Assembly: GCA_965215005.1 (NCBI GenBank)
Contig: CBDCCZ010000019.1
Span: 64,001 to 128,000 of the forward strand
Length of the DNA: 64,000 bases
Direction: 5' to 3'
Source: Kofleriaceae bacterium
GTDB lineage: Bacteria; Myxococcota_A; Polyangia; Haliangiales; Haliangiaceae
Positions 11,105 through 27,841 of this stretch are shown one piece after another (position 1 is the first letter of the stretch; every line of letters begins with the position of its first letter). Under the pieces are notes generated by a model. That model searched no databases. It saw nothing but the letters and a program-made list of their open reading frames with translations, and was not told where the DNA came from. Made by a program: the position numbers and the translations under genes.

Positions 11105-11716
11105 GTGCTGTTTGCTGAAGAGCACGCTCGCTGGCTGCTCGTCCTGCACACCGGCTTAGCCGTTGCGCTGGTCGGCTCGGCCACGCACTTGGTCATTTGG
11201 ATGCGCGGCTTTGCGCGCGGCCGCTTCACCCGCATGGCCGCAATTCGCCGTTTCTCATTGATCACGCTGCTGCTCTTCGTCGCCACCTTCTTGGTCGGCA
11301 ACGCCGTTTATCCGGTTTATAAGGTGCGGGTCAAAGTCGAGTATCTCGAGAACAGCAGCGCCATTCGAGACGATCTCGCGAGTCGCGGGCAAGCCAAGAG
11401 CGACATTGCCCGCCGCTGGGAAACCCAGCAAGGGCGCGCGGCTCCAGCTCCGGTCGCCAACGAGCCGCCAATCGTGCCGCGGCAAACTGCCAAGATCGCC
11501 CGCTGGTTCGATGTGAAAGAGCACTGGGTCGCTCTTGGCATGGCTCTGTCGCTTGGTTGTTGGCTGCTCCTGCGTCTTTGGGATCCCAAGCGCGATGGCC
11601 CCCATATCGCCAACTTCGCGCTTGCCTTCGCAATTGGCGCCGCTTTTACCGTCTGGCTCGGCGCTATCATCGGCGTTCTGACCACCAGCTATCGCGCCGT
11701 TGGCAATCTCGGCTAA
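11105..11716 (+). CDS. Hypothetical membrane protein (about 4 TM helices)
   Basis: Hydrophobic segments; AGGAGG RBS before GTG. Confidence 0.7.
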   Translation: MLFAEEHARWLLVLHTGLAVALVGSATHLVIWMRGFARGRFTRMAAIRRFSLITLLLFVATFLVGNAVYPVYKVRVKVEYLENSSAIRDDLASRGQAKSDIARRWETQQGRAAPAPVANEPPIVPRQTAKIARWFDVKEHWVALGMALSLGCWLLLRLWDPKRDGPHIANFALAFAIGAAFTVWLGAIIGVLTTSYRAVGNLG

Positions 11717-14477
11717 CGCGCCAGCACCTCACCAAGCACGGGCGGCGGCGTAGGAGTCAAGCCTGCGCCGCGCAACGTTGCTTCGGCAGTGGCTTCCGGG
11801 CCGCTCACGAAAATGATCGCTTGCGCGACGTTGAGCTGTTCATCGATTAGCCGCAACACCTGCGCCGGACGCAGCCGCGCAACGCTGGTCATCATCTCTT
11901 GCAGCACGCGCTCATCCCAGCCCTTGAGCCATGCGGTGACTATTTCCCCGGCCACCGACGAGGAACTGATCGCATCAGCGAGCATGCTCTCGTAAACTTT
12001 GCGCCGCGCCCGCACGAAGTCTTCAGCCAGGGTGGCGCGATCTCGTAGCCCCGCAAGCTCGGCAACGATGGCACCGAGCGCCACGCCGGCGCGCCGCGCG
12101 TCGAGCTCGCCGCTGATGAGAAGGGTGCCGTCGTCGAACCCGACGTTGACGCCATAGCTTGCGCCTAACGTCTCGCGAATCGTTCCCAGGCGCTGCTCGA
12201 TGATCTGCTCGAGAACCAACGCCGCGGCCGTATCCTGCTGCTCGATCGTCATCGGCAGCGCGACCACCAGCTGCGGCTGCACCAGCTCGTCATCGACATG
12301 CGCCACGCGGGCGCCGCGCTGCGGTTGCGGCTTTGGCCTGTCCGGCGGCGGCGCACCGGGTTCGGTCGGTCCCGTCCAGTCGCCAAACAGCCGGCGAATG
12401 CGCGCCGTCATGTCGGCGGCATCGAAGCGGCCGGTGACCACGAGCAGCGCCTCTCCTAAACGATGATGCGCCGCGTGGAACTCCTTCAGCTCGGCAGTGC
12501 TGATGCGCGCGAGCACGCTGCTGGCACGTTCGTCGCGAGCGCGCGGATGGTCGGGGCCGTAGAGCAAAGCCGCCAGCATAGGCCCGCTGCCTGCTGGCTC
12601 GTCATCTTCTGCGCGTTCCACCGCCTTGCGCAGCCGCACCAAGTCTTCGCCATCGTAGTTGCCGTGCTGCGCCCGCCAATACAGCTGCCAGAGCAGTCCA
12701 TCCGCATATGGGTCGAGCCCCGTGATGCGAAAGGTGGTCGACTTCTCGTCAGTGGCGGTATCGATCGCGCCGCCCATCAAGAGGATGCTGCGCACACTGC
12801 GATACACGGCGTAGGTAGGCAGCGCCGTGACGTCGTTGCTGAGCAGCTCAGCGGCGAGCGCCGCGGTGCCTGGCGCATCATTTGGGTCGTAGAGCGAGCC
12901 GGCGCGATACACCAGTCGCATATCCACGACCGGATAGGACAGGTCCGAGACCAACGCAACCTCCAGGCCCGTCGGAAGCTTGAGCCGCTGCACCTCGGGC
13001 CGGGCGCGCTCGCCCGGCAGCGGCAAGTCGCGCTCCGCATCGGCGGCCTCGACCGGCGCTTTCCAGCGATCGATCTCGAACGCTCCCAGCTCGTGTGCTG
13101 CGGCGAGCTCGACGCGCCGCGCAGCCGGCGCATCCTTGCCATCCGGCACCAGCAGCGCCACATGGCTCATGCTCTGGCGAAAGTGTTCATCGAGATATTG
13201 GTGAACCGACTCGTGGCTCAGCTGATCGATCACGTCGAGATCCTGGTGCATGAGCCGGTCGTGGTTGGTGTACTGCAGATAGTCGGCGATACCGGCCGAG
13301 CGGGCGGCGAACGACTCGTTCTGGCGCACTAGCGAGCTGCGCAGCCGCGCGCGCAACACGTCGAAGAGGAGCTCATCCACACCTTCGAGGAGCGAGGGTT
13401 GGATGCCGTTGAACAGCTCGACCGCGCGCGGCAGATACTTTTCATCCTCGACGGCGAGATAGAACGCCACCGCTCCGCCCCGCCAACCACCGAGACCCGA
13501 CAAGCCAAAGCCGGTGATGAACTCGTTATCATCGCGAAGCTCGCGAAGCTTCATTCCATACAGCTCGACGATAAGCTGCAGCGTGCTGTAGTCGGGACTG
13601 CCCCATGGCGGCGCGGCGAACAGCAGCGCCACCGCCGGTTCTTCGACACTCACCTGGTGCCGAGTTTGGCCGCCGCGCAGCCGCGGCGACGTCACTGGAA
13701 AATCGAGGGCGCGGACCTCATCGAGCGGCTGCAGTGGTCCAAACATCGCGGCCACCCGCTGCTCGGCCGCGGCGACGTCGATGGCGCCACTCACCACCAA
13801 GATGGCGTTCTTGGGCTGATAATGCCGCTCGAGGAACGCGCAGGCATCGGGCAGTGTGGCAGCAGCCACCTCGGCGACACTGCCGCCAACGGAGTGCCCG
13901 TAGGGATGATCGGCGCCAAAGGCCAACCAGCCGCAGCTCGTCTTGCACTTGCGCTGCAATGGGTGGCTCCTCTCCCAGCTCGCGTAGCACCACCTGTTGC
14001 TCGCGGGCAAATAGCGCCGGCTCGATCGCTTCGCAGCCCCAACGCAACCGATCTGCCTCCACTGCAAGGAGTGTCGCGAGCTGCTCGCGCAGCGCGGTTG
14101 CGGTGTAGTGGGTCTCATCCCAGTTGGTGTAGGCGTTGTAGACCAGCGCATCGCTGGGCGAGTCGCTCGAACAACGTCGGCCCTTGGTGAGAGAGCCGCA
14201 TGACGTAGGTGAGGTGCTCGACCAGATGCGCCATGCCGGCGTGAGCGGCCGGATCGCTGCTGGCGCCGGACTGATAGCGCGCGTCGACCTTGACGAGGTT
14301 GGTGTTGTCGTCGCGCACCAGCGCCACCATCATTCCCGACTGGGTCTGGTAGAGCCGAGTGGCTTCGGAAAAGACAATGTCGCGGGGTCCCGAACGCAGC
14401 GCGGGGACCTTCAGCGGGACGGCAGTGGCGCATCCGGCCGCGAGCAGGGCGATCGACAACAGGCGAACGAGAGACAT
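11713..14477 (-). CDS. M16 (insulinase-family) zinc peptidase lipoprotein, two apparent +1 frameshifts
   Basis: Lipobox LAAGC, HLVEH (HxxEH), NAYTNWDETHY, HY.PKNAILVVSG; frame changes near 14157 and 13925. Confidence 0.85.
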
Positions 14478-14571
14478 CAGAGCTCCTTGAGGGCGCTTAT
14501 CCTACGGACCCGCGGCGCGATTACCAGCGGCAGAAGTTGGCAGACATGTGCGCGGAGCTCGCTTCCCAGGC

Positions 14572-15390
14572 TCAACCGGCAGCGGCGCGAAAGGCTGACC
14601 ACATCGCCGACAGTGGCGCCGGTCGGCCGGTCCACAGCGAAAACGCCTGCGCCCCTTGGTGAACCAGCATGCCAGCGCCATCCACAGTGCGCAGCCCGCG
14701 CGCCGCGGCAGCAGCCAACAGAGCCGGCACGCGATGGTAAACCAGCGACGCCACGACCGCCGTGTCGGGCACGAGCTCGAGCGGAATTGCCGCTGGCAAC
14801 GCGGCTTCACGCGGGCCAAGCGCCGCCGAGGTGCAGTCGATTAAGAGATCGCAGGCGGGAAGCTGCGCCGCTAGCGAGGCTGTGGTCCAAGGCTGCGCCG
14901 CCGCCCACGAGACCTTCGCCGGCGACCGCGCCACCACCGTCACGTCCGCGTGCTGCTGCTGCAACCCGGCAGCGACTGCGCGCGCGGCGCCGCCGCCGCC
15001 GAGCAGCACCGCACGGGCCCCGGCGAGCTCCATCGGCCGCGCCTCGAGCAGCCCGTCGACAAATCCGCCGGCGTCGGTGTTGTGGCCAATCACCTCGCCC
15101 TCCGCGAGCTCCAGGCAGTTGACGGCACCGATGCGCTCCGCCTGCGGAGTAAGGCGATCGCACAGCGGCAGCACCGCGCGCTTGTGCGGCACGGTGACGC
15201 TAGCGCCGAGCAGCTGCAGCGCACGCAGGCCGGCGACAGCCGCTTCGAGCTGCGCGGGCGCAACCTCAAACGCCACGAAAACCGCATCGATGCCCGCCGC
15301 CGCGAACGCCGCGTTGTGCAGCGCCGGCGACAGGCTGTGACGCACCGGCGCGCCAAGCACGCAGGCCACGCGCGTGGGTGCGCGGATCAC
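14572..15390 (-). CDS. aroE: Shikimate dehydrogenase
   Basis: [44 protein letters not shown]. Confidence 0.95.
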   Translation of the reverse strand: MIRAPTRVACVLGAPVRHSLSPALHNAAFAAAGIDAVFVAFEVAPAQLEAAVAGLRALQLLGASVTVPHKRAVLPLCDRLTPQAERIGAVNCLELAEGEVIGHNTDAGGFVDGLLEARPMELAGARAVLLGGGGAARAVAAGLQQQHADVTVVARSPAKVSWAAAQPWTTASLAAQLPACDLLIDCTSAALGPREAALPAAIPLELVPDTAVVASLVYHRVPALLAAAAARGLRTVDGAGMLVHQGAQAFSLWTGRPAPLSAMWSAFRAAAG

Positions 15391-16754
15391 TCGCTTCGTC
15401 CCGAAGGCGCGTCGCTGGCGATCTCGCTTCGCCCCGAAGGCGCCTCGCTCGCGTCGCGGATGCCGCGGATTTCGCAATCGAGCACGCCGCGCGCCAAACG
15501 TACCTCGAGCGGCTCGCCCACGGCGACCTCGCGGCAATCGCTCACCACGTGCGCGCCGCGCTTGGCGATCGCGTAGCCGCGCTCGAGCACCGCCAGCGGG
15601 CTGAGCGCGCCGAGCCGAGCGGCGAGGTCCGCCAGCTCGCGATGACTGCGGTCGACCCGCCGGCGCAGCGGCGGCGCCACCCGTGCATCCAGCTCGGCAA
15701 GCCCCCGTGCCGCGCGCTCGAGCCGCGTCCGCACGCAGGCGTCTAGTCGCGCAGAAAGCGCCGTTAGCTCGCGCTTTTCCGCCGCCAGCCGCACCGCCGG
15801 GTGCTGTGCCTCGAGCGTTCGCACCACCTCGGCCAACGCGTGTTTGCGCCGCGCCATGGCCTGCTCGAACCGCCGTTCCGCCTGGCCAATGGCTCGGTCG
15901 ACGTCCTGCCGGGCATCGCGCAGGCGCAACGCCAACTCACGCCCGAGGCGTCGCTCTTCTTTAATGAGCAGCGCCTCGAGCTCGACGAGCACCGGCACCG
16001 CCATCTCGCCCGCCATGGTGGGTGTCGCTGCGCGATGATCGGCGGCTAGATCCGCCAAGCTGGTATCAATCTCGTGCCCCACCGCGCTGATCACCGGCAC
16101 CGAGCAGCCGGCAATCGCCCGCACCACGCGCTCATCATTGAAAGCGGATAAATCATCGGCCGAGCCACCGCCGCGGCCGACGATCAATACATCGACGTCG
16201 GTACGACAGATCGCGGCGATCGCGCGGCAGATGCGGGTAGGAGCACTCGGCCCTTGCACCACCGCGTCGGCGACCAAGATCGGCACCGGATAGCGTCGCT
16301 GCACTGCTTGGATGATGTCGCGCACCGCCGCGCCACTCTTAGAGGTGACGACGCCAATCCGGCGGGGCAGGTGCGGCAACGGCCGCTTGCGCTGCGCGTC
16401 GAACAGGCCCTCGGCGGCAAGCTTTGCTTTAAGCTGCTCGAGCGCCAGCGCCGCCGCGCCTAGCCCCGCAGGCTCCGCGACCTGCACGTAAAGCTGAAAT
16501 TTGCCATCGCGCTCGTAGATGCCCAGCCGCCCGCGACAGCGCAGGTGCAGCCCATCTTCCATGGCAAATCGCAGCCGCGCCGCATCGCTGCGCCACATCA
16601 CCGCGCGCAGCTGCGAGCGACGGTCTTTGAGGCAAAAATAGATGTGGCCGCTGGAGGCGCACACCACGGACACGGTCTCGCCTTCGATCCACACCGTGCC
16701 CACACCGCCTTCCAATGCGTGGGTGGCCGCGCGAACCACGTCGGCAACGGTCAT
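15387..16754 (-). CDS. xseA: Exodeoxyribonuclease VII large subunit
   Basis: [50 protein letters not shown]. Confidence 0.95.
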   Translation of the reverse strand: MTVADVVRAATHALEGGVGTVWIEGETVSVVCASSGHIYFCLKDRRSQLRAVMWRSDAARLRFAMEDGLHLRCRGRLGIYERDGKFQLYVQVAEPAGLGAAALALEQLKAKLAAEGLFDAQRKRPLPHLPRRIGVVTSKSGAAVRDIIQAVQRRYPVPILVADAVVQGPSAPTRICRAIAAICRTDVDVLIVGRGGGSADDLSAFNDERVVRAIAGCSVPVISAVGHEIDTSLADLAADHRAATPTMAGEMAVPVLVELEALLIKEERRLGRELALRLRDARQDVDRAIGQAERRFEQAMARRKHALAEVVRTLEAQHPAVRLAAEKRELTALSARLDACVRTRLERAARGLAELDARVAPPLRRRVDRSHRELADLAARLGALSPLAVLERGYAIAKRGAHVVSDCREVAVGEPLEVRLARGVLDCEIRGIRDASEAPSGRSEIASDAPSGRSE

Positions 16755-16898
16755 GGGGTGCTCACGACTGCCCCGGGCGGCTCCGGGTGCCGGGGCGAGG
16801 CTCGACATCTGGCGACCGTACACGCGCCGTTGTCAGACGTCCAGCGGTGCACCGGCGGTGGCAGGAAACCGGCAGCCGAGCTACGATTCGGGCTCCCG

Positions 16899-18047
16899 AT
16901 GGCCAGCGAAGTCGATAGCCAAGACAGCTCCGGCGATGAGCTGGCGCGTCATCCGGGACGTCCGTTTCCCGCTGGCGCCATCGATCCTGAGCTGCTGTCG
17001 CTGCGCCGGCCGCGAACGCCGATCGGGCCGCTCTTGGCGGCCAGCATCGTGGTGTTCTGCGCCTACATTCTTTGGATTCTGCGCGATGACCTGCGCTTTT
17101 CGCAGCAACCGGAGACGCCCCGCGAGGTCACCTTGGCGGCGGTGATCACCGGCGACGTGGGCGATGAGACGTTCGTCCAAATCGAAGCGCCGATCGATCG
17201 GTCGGTGGCGGTGCGAGTTAGCAAGAACACCGGCGACTTGGGTCATCGACTTGCCCCCGTGCAAGGCTCGGGCGGCCGCCTTTGGGTCATGACCGAAGGC
17301 AGCGCTTGGCGCTCCAGCATTGCCTACGATGAGCTTTACACCGGCCGCTTGCGCCGCTTCGATGACGTTACGTTTGCCGACGACGTCCGCCGCCACCTGC
17401 GTGCCCGTGGACTAACGCCGCGCTTCGTCACCCCCAGCGCGGTGCAGAAGGCCCTGGAGTCCAAGGCCTCCGAGGTCGTCGAGCCCGGCGGCGAGGTCGT
17501 CGCAGTAACCGCTGAGACGCCGGTGCTCGTGGCCGAGACCCGGCGCGATCGCAGCGAGGTGCACGTCATAGCCACCGCTCGATTCACCAGCGTCGAAGCT
17601 TGGCGGCGGGCCTTGCGCGCGGCTGGCATCGAACCCGCAGCGCCGCCCAAGGTGCGCGACGACGAGGATCGCGAGCTGGTGTGGATTTTCGAGGTCGCGG
17701 CCGCGCCCGAGGAGCTGCGCCGCGCGCTCGTCGCGGCCCGCTTGTACTCCGCCTACGTCGAGCCGATCGTGGTGCGCCACCGGATCGCGTGGAGCGAAGC
17801 TGCAAGCGGGAGCCGCGGGGCTGCCGGTGGGCGAGCGCATCATTCCGTGGAGTGAGCTCGACCTGCTCGCGCTCGAGGTGCCACGGCCGGTGCCGGAAAC
17901 GGCGCGCATCGTGCTCACCGACGAGTCTCCTGCCGGCTATTGGTACGTGCCGATCTTGTATGTCGTTCTTGGCGTCTTTGGGCTGCTGTTTGCCTGGGCG
18001 CTCGCGCGTTCGCTGCGCCGAACCGATTCTCCAGCCCCACTTTCATC

Positions 18048-18051
<4 letters not shown>
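16899..18051 (+). CDS. Hypothetical membrane protein, apparent +1 frameshift near 17797
   Basis: N-terminal TM in ORF ending 17855 and C-terminal TM in ORF 17827..18051; removing one A joins them; stop overlaps the cysS ATG. Confidence 0.65.
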
Positions 18052-19539
<1,488 letters not shown>

Positions 19540-19595
19540 CTGGTCGGTTTGCCGCTCAAACCGGCGAAACCGCGCTGGCGAGTGCGTGAGCGCGG

Positions 19596-19856
19596 TTAGG
19601 CCGGCTGGCTCAGCAGCGCGTCGAGCTCACCGCGTTGGTCCAAACCCGAGAGCTCGGAGTAGCCGCCGATCGAGCGTCCGTTGATGAAGATCTGCGGGAC
19701 CGTGCGTTGCCCCGTGGCTTCGACCAGCCAATCGCGGGTCGCTTGGTCGCCAGCGACATCGATCTCTTCAACCTCGACGTTTTTGCCGCGCAGAAGCTGC
19801 TCGGCACGCACGCAGTAGGGGCACCATTGGGTTCGATACATCTTTACTTCAGCCAT
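19596..19856 (-). CDS. grxC: Glutaredoxin 3
   Basis: CPYC, TVPQIFING, IGG. Confidence 0.92.
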   Translation of the reverse strand: MAEVKMYRTQWCPYCVRAEQLLRGKNVEVEEIDVAGDQATRDWLVEATGQRTVPQIFINGRSIGGYSELSGLDQRGELDALLSQPA

Positions 19857-19862
19857 CGTCTG

Positions 19863-20733
19863 CTACTCCTCCGTGTCTTCGCTGAGGTAGGCCAGGATTA
19901 CCTCATCGAGACTCTTTTCCGAGATCAGATCGTGCCCAAAGATGCCATCGGCGGTTGCCTCGCGCGACCGTCGTGACTTGATCGGCGGCGCATAGGGCTC
20001 GGTGCCGTTCACGACCTTGGGCGGCGGCGCCGATGATCACCGCCGGGCGCGACACCACCACTCCGGAGGTGCTGGGCCGCTTGTTGCGTCCAGCCTCCGT
20101 TTGCGGCCGCGGCGGCACCGGCGGCGGTTGGCTGCGCACCGGCGTGCGAATGGTGGTCGACACCGGCCGCGGACCAGCCGCGCGCGCCGGAACCGGCGGC
20201 GGCGCCACGGTGGCCACGGGCGGAATGGGAATTGACGTCGAGCGACCGCGGCGGTGTTGGCGATACTCGCCGGGCCGCGCGCCTTGCAATCCGGGCGGCA
20301 GCGGCGCCGAAGACAGCGCCGGCGCGTGGACGTGGGCTGGCTCGTCGTCGTCGACCGCCGCGTAGGTATCGGTACCAAGGGCGCCGACGTCAACCGGAGG
20401 AGCCGTGATTGCTCGCGCGTCTTCTTGGCCGGCATCCACCGGCAAGAGATCCGGGTGCTCGCCTAAATAGCTATCGATCTTGCCGGTGAAATCACCGCGA
20501 CGAAGGTCCTTCAACACAGCTTTGTGCTGGGCCTGCATCAGTGACTTCACCACATCTTCGGCAGCCTCGGCATCGTAGTCGAGTTTCCGCGTATTGAGGA
20601 TTACGCCCCCGTGAAACAGGTGCGTAAAGATATGCGGATTATCGACGCCGGAATCCTCGGTCTGGACGTGGAACACCAGCCCGCGATACCGTACGTTGTG
20701 GTTATAGCCGAGGATCGGCGATCGCTTACCCAC
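19863..20733 (-). CDS. Hypothetical protein with Pro-rich linker, apparent +1 frameshift near 20028
   Basis: N-domain GYNHNVRYRGLVFHVQTEDSG; a shifted frame ends GIFGHDLISEKSLDEVILAYLSEDTEE* just upstream of grxC; AGGAG before GTG 20733. Confidence 0.7.
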
Positions 20734-20883
20734 GACTCCTAGGAAGTTATCACGACCCGTCGTGGGCCCCAACACCGGCGTAACAGAGATCGGCGGCTCG
20801 ACCGCTGGCCTCGTGGTTGATACTCTTACCCCGCGAGGGTTCGGTACCCTCGGCACTTTTCACCCCCAGCCTGAGAGAGAGCA

Positions 20884-21474
20884 TTGGACGCCCAGAGCAC
20901 GGAGCGGCGGTTTGTCGAGATCATTAGCGAATGGCTAATCTCCCTGCCGCACGATCTCAAAATCCTCTTCGAAGCCAAAGACGACGAGAACCTCGACCGC
21001 TCTGCGCGCGAGCTCGCCGTCGGTACCATCCTCTACGTGATATCGCCGAACGACCTCGTGGCCGATCGTCACGATAACTTTACGAGTTATTGCGATGACG
21101 CAATTCTCGTTCGGATGGTGTTGGCGCAAGTCGTAAGCGACAACGATGAGGATACCGAGTTCTTCAAGAGCCGGTTTCCTGACTTCTTCGACGATCTCGA
21201 GGAGGAGCTCGCCATCTGCAAGAACGCGATGGGTGAGCTCTACGAATGGCTCGAATCGAAGATTCCCACGCTCCCCAAGATGGAGCACAAAGGTAAGAAG
21301 GTCCGCGACTACATCACCAACGACGAAGACGGCGAGACACTTTTCGACGAAGGCTTGGCCTTCCGCACCGAATATCCGGTGGAAGAAGAAACGCTCGCAG
21401 ATAAGTTGAAGAAGGCCTCGACGGTGCTCGAGGTCATCAAGCGACGCAAAGCCGAAGAAGCGCGCGTGGCTTGA
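20884..21474 (+). CDS. YkvA/DUF1232-like protein
   Basis: YVISPNDLVAD...YCDDAILV motif; acidic soluble C-terminus. Confidence 0.65.
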   Translation: MDAQSTERRFVEIISEWLISLPHDLKILFEAKDDENLDRSARELAVGTILYVISPNDLVADRHDNFTSYCDDAILVRMVLAQVVSDNDEDTEFFKSRFPDFFDDLEEELAICKNAMGELYEWLESKIPTLPKMEHKGKKVRDYITNDEDGETLFDEGLAFRTEYPVEEETLADKLKKASTVLEVIKRRKAEEARVA

Positions 21475-21530
21475 TTTCCAGCCAAGGGCGGTAACTCGCC
21501 GAGCAGCGCCTCAGCAAGCGACGCCGCCGC

Positions 21531-22343
<813 letters not shown>

Positions 22344-22450
22344 CCTACCGCAGCCACGCCACGGGTCGAAGCGGGAGTGGCGTGGATGGGAAACGGCGAC
22401 AGGTAAGCGCCCATGCGCCAAGCAGTCGCGGTGGAAGCTAGAGTAGCCAG

Positions 22451-22678
22451 TTAGCTTGGGGATTTACCGCAGTCGCTGTCGGCCGACTCTGCATCGGCGG
22501 GCAGCTCCCGGCGGCCTTCGTACAACCACAAGAGTTGCAGAAAAGTCACCGACTTATCCTGCAGTTCTTCATACATCCGGCTGATGCCCGGGTACCACTC
22601 TTCGGCCATGGGCAGTTGGTGCTCTGTAATACGACCACGCACGACCCCGGCTGTTGGCAAGTGACGTACCAGCTTCAC
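22451..22678 (-). CDS. Small hypothetical protein
   Basis: 75-aa ORF ([25 protein letters not shown]) with protein-like composition and GGAGAG RBS. Confidence 0.5.
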   Translation of the reverse strand: MKLVRHLPTAGVVRGRITEHQLPMAEEWYPGISRMYEELQDKSVTFLQLLWLYEGRRELPADAESADSDCGKSPS

Positions 22679-22753
22679 GACGTTGCTCTCCCGTCACCCA
22701 CACTGGAGTCCCGTGCTTGACGCGGTCGCGCCCCTTGGCTAGACGTCTTGCAC

Positions 22754-23725
<972 letters not shown>

Positions 23726-23774
23726 TGCTGGGTCGAGAATCATCGGCGCTATTCGCGGAGCTATAGGGACGAGC

Positions 23775-24434
23775 TCAAAGCGCCGCGCCCACCGTGAGCG
23801 CGGCGCTGACTACAATGGTCGAGTCGGTGCCGTCGATGAGTAGGTGCGCGCCGACATCGGTGGCGATCGCCAGCGGTCCCCAAAGGCCGAGCTCAGTCTG
23901 CACGCCGCCACCAATCGCCGGGAGCTGCTCGCCGTACTGCAGGCCGAGCTCGCCGTGAAACAGCATCGCAAGCTGCGGGCGCGCGCTGCCCGCTTCGAAC
24001 GTTACGCCGCCCAGCAGCAAGCCGCCGCTGTCGTCATAGCGGCGCCAGCGAGCGGCGACGCCCCAGCGGCCGAGTCTGCCGCCCGGGAGCGCCTCGACAA
24101 ACATCGCCAGCCCAGCGGTGTCGGGGCCCGTAGCCACGTAGCCGCCTGCGCCTACGCTTAGGTGCAGCGGGCGCATATCGGAGTCGTCGCTATCCGCTGA
24201 CGATGGATTGGCTGCCGATTGCGAAGCGCTAGGGTGCGCGTTCAACGGCGCCGCCTGCGCGACGTTGCAGCACCAAGCGAGGACCAGAGCGCTGCCCAGT
24301 GCAGCGACAGGCCCCAACGACTTGCCTCGGCGACCGCCACGGGACGTTGCTGATCGCGGCCGCCTCGCAGCAAGCGCGGCGCGGGATGCTTGGACGAGCT
24401 TGGCGATGGACCTATCATAAAGAGACGCGCCCAC
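23775..24434 (-). CDS. Hypothetical exported/outer-membrane beta-strand protein (true start probably further in)
   Basis: Signal-like LVLAWCCNVAQA followed by Gly-rich amphipathic strands. Confidence 0.55.
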   Translation of the reverse strand: MGASLYDRSIAKLVQASRAALAARRPRSATSRGGRRGKSLGPVAALGSALVLAWCCNVAQAAPLNAHPSASQSAANPSSADSDDSDMRPLHLSVGAGGYVATGPDTAGLAMFVEALPGGRLGRWGVAARWRRYDDSGGLLLGGVTFEAGSARPQLAMLFHGELGLQYGEQLPAIGGGVQTELGLWGPLAIATDVGAHLLIDGTDSTIVVSAALTVGAAL

Positions 24435-24499
24435 CTCGTCGCTCGATTGCTACAGTGACTTGACGCGCTCTCCACCTCTCACGCCGCCGGCGGTAGCCC

Positions 24500-25639
24500 A
24501 TGGAACCCAATCGAAAACTGCGTAAGCCGGGGCTAGAGCATTTCATGAAGTTCGTGCGCGAGCTTCCCGACCAGTCGCCCCGGCAGATGTTCGAGCAGCT
24601 CGCGGGGCATGGGTATCGCGGCCAGGACGATGCGCGGCGTGCCCTGTGCCTGATGGCGTACCGGCACGTCCGCCGGATCAAGCGCATCTACCTCGATGGC
24701 GTCGATCGCAGCGAGGTCGCACGCAAGTCCAACTACCTTCTCGTTGGCCCCACCGGCTGCGGCAAGACCTTCATGGTCGAGCAGCTGTTCGGCAAGATTC
24801 TCAAGCTACCGACGGCGCTCGTCGACATCACCACCTACTCGGAAACCGGCTACGTCGGTCAAGACCCGAGCACGATCCTCACTCGGCTGCTGCACGCCGC
24901 GGATGACAATCCGATGCTCGCCTCGATTGGCATCGTCTGCCTCGACGAGTTCGACAAGATCAGCTCCGGGCAGAACAACGCGATCTTTGCCGGCGCCGGC
25001 ACTACCAAAGACGTCACCGGAATGGGCGTCCAGCGCGAGCTCCTCAAGATGCTCGAGACCAGCGAGGTGGTCGTTCCGCTCGAGCTCACGCACTCGACGT
25101 ATGGCGATCACGTGGTCATGTCCACGGCCGACATCGCCTTCCTGGCCGCCGGCGCCTTCTCCGGCTTCCAGCAGATCTCGCATCGCCGCGCGAGCCGCGA
25201 CAGCATCGGCTTTGGCCGCATTCGCGCGGCGCGCCTGGTGGGGCCGGATGCGATCGCGGTGAGCTTTACCGACGAAGAAGTCGAAAATGTCGCCAACTTT
25301 CAGGCCTACGGCTTTCTGCCCGAGCTCATTGCGCGCTTTACGCGCATCGTGCCATTTCGAGCCCTCGACGCTGCCACGCTCCGAGAAATTCTCCAGGCGG
25401 AGGTCATCGAGCGCATGGTGCGCGAGTTTGCTGGCGAAGGGTTCGAGCTGCGAGTCGATGAGGGCGTGCTCGATTTCATCGTCACCGATGCGCTCAAGCG
25501 CGAGACCGGTGCCCGCGGGCTCGCCTCCACGCTCACTCGTCACCTCGAGGACATCGCGTTCGAGGCGTTCGGCGGTGACACCGGTGGTAAGGTCGCCGTC
25601 CGCATGATAGATGGCGCCATCGCCGTCACCCGCTCGTGA
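24500..25639 (+). CDS. ClpX-like AAA+ ATPase lacking the N-terminal zinc-binding domain
   Basis: GPTGCGKT, GYVG pore loop, LDEFDKI, DVTGMGVQRELLKMLE, IGF loop, TGARGL. Confidence 0.9.
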   Translation: MEPNRKLRKPGLEHFMKFVRELPDQSPRQMFEQLAGHGYRGQDDARRALCLMAYRHVRRIKRIYLDGVDRSEVARKSNYLLVGPTGCGKTFMVEQLFGKILKLPTALVDITTYSETGYVGQDPSTILTRLLHAADDNPMLASIGIVCLDEFDKISSGQNNAIFAGAGTTKDVTGMGVQRELLKMLETSEVVVPLELTHSTYGDHVVMSTADIAFLAAGAFSGFQQISHRRASRDSIGFGRIRAARLVGPDAIAVSFTDEEVENVANFQAYGFLPELIARFTRIVPFRALDAATLREILQAEVIERMVREFAGEGFELRVDEGVLDFIVTDALKRETGARGLASTLTRHLEDIAFEAFGGDTGGKVAVRMIDGAIAVTRS

Positions 25640-25681
25640 CCGCCAACGGAATCAGCGGCGCGGCGATTCCGTTGGAGTACC

Positions 25682-26938
<1,257 letters not shown>

Positions 26939-26940
26939 TC

Positions 26941-27612
26941 ATGGGTTTCAAAGCGCGCAGCTCCGCCAACGGCCAACCTCTCGTGGTTGCTCTGCCCAAA
27001 GGCCGAATCCTCGACGAGGCAGCCAAGCTCTTCGCAGCGGCCGGCTATGATCTCAGCCCGGTATTCGATGCCTCCCGTAAGCTGGTCTACGACTGCGGCC
27101 CGCTCAAGGTGTTGGTGCTGCGGTCCTCCGACGTGCCCGTCTACGTCGGCTACGGCGCCGCAGACGTCGGTATCGCCGGTCGTGACGTTCTCGATGAAGC
27201 CGGCGCTGATCTCTATGAGCCGCTCGATCTCGGCATTGGCGCCTGCAGCATGATCGTCGCGGAGCCAGCGGCGCGCCCGGTCGACATGCGCTCGCAGATG
27301 CACATCCGCATCGCGACCAAGTACCCGCGAATCACGCGTCGCTACCTCGAGAAAACCGGCCACACCGCCGAGGTCATCAAGCTATCCGGCGCCATCGAGC
27401 TCGGCCCGCTCACCGGGCTCGCAGACCGCATCGTGGACATCACGCAGACCGGCGAGACGCTGCGGCAAAACGGGCTGGTCGTGGTGGATACCATCATGGA
27501 AATCAGCAGCCGCTTAGTCGTCAACCCCGCGAGCTTGAAGCTGCGCTCCAATGCCGTATCCGACCTCGTCGCGCGGCTGGAAGCGGAGCTCGAGGTCGCC
27601 CGCGAGTCGTGA
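26941..27612 (+). CDS. hisG: ATP phosphoribosyltransferase, short form
   Basis: [42 protein letters not shown]. Confidence 0.95.
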   Translation: MGFKARSSANGQPLVVALPKGRILDEAAKLFAAAGYDLSPVFDASRKLVYDCGPLKVLVLRSSDVPVYVGYGAADVGIAGRDVLDEAGADLYEPLDLGIGACSMIVAEPAARPVDMRSQMHIRIATKYPRITRRYLEKTGHTAEVIKLSGAIELGPLTGLADRIVDITQTGETLRQNGLVVVDTIMEISSRLVVNPASLKLRSNAVSDLVARLEAELEVARES

Positions 27613-27841
27613 ACCAACGGGAGACGCGATGATCGCCGAGTAGGCGTGCGTTGGCCTTAGCAGCGGGCAGCCCCGTGGGTCGGGTTGCTGCATCTGCGCC
27701 GCGGCTCGGCGGAGAATGAGCGTCGACGGCGACTCGTGAGGCGCTTGAGAAGATCGCGTCCTACTCGAGCGACTCGCCCTGCAACAGGCAGGCTCCTCGT
27801 GAGAAGCGGCGCAAGTGTAGTATTCTGTAGCGACCTGTTCG

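Noticed and set aside
15391..15443. Short direct repeat at the xseA 3' end (APSGRSE twice)
   Set aside because: Small slippage duplication in a variable tail; no further signal
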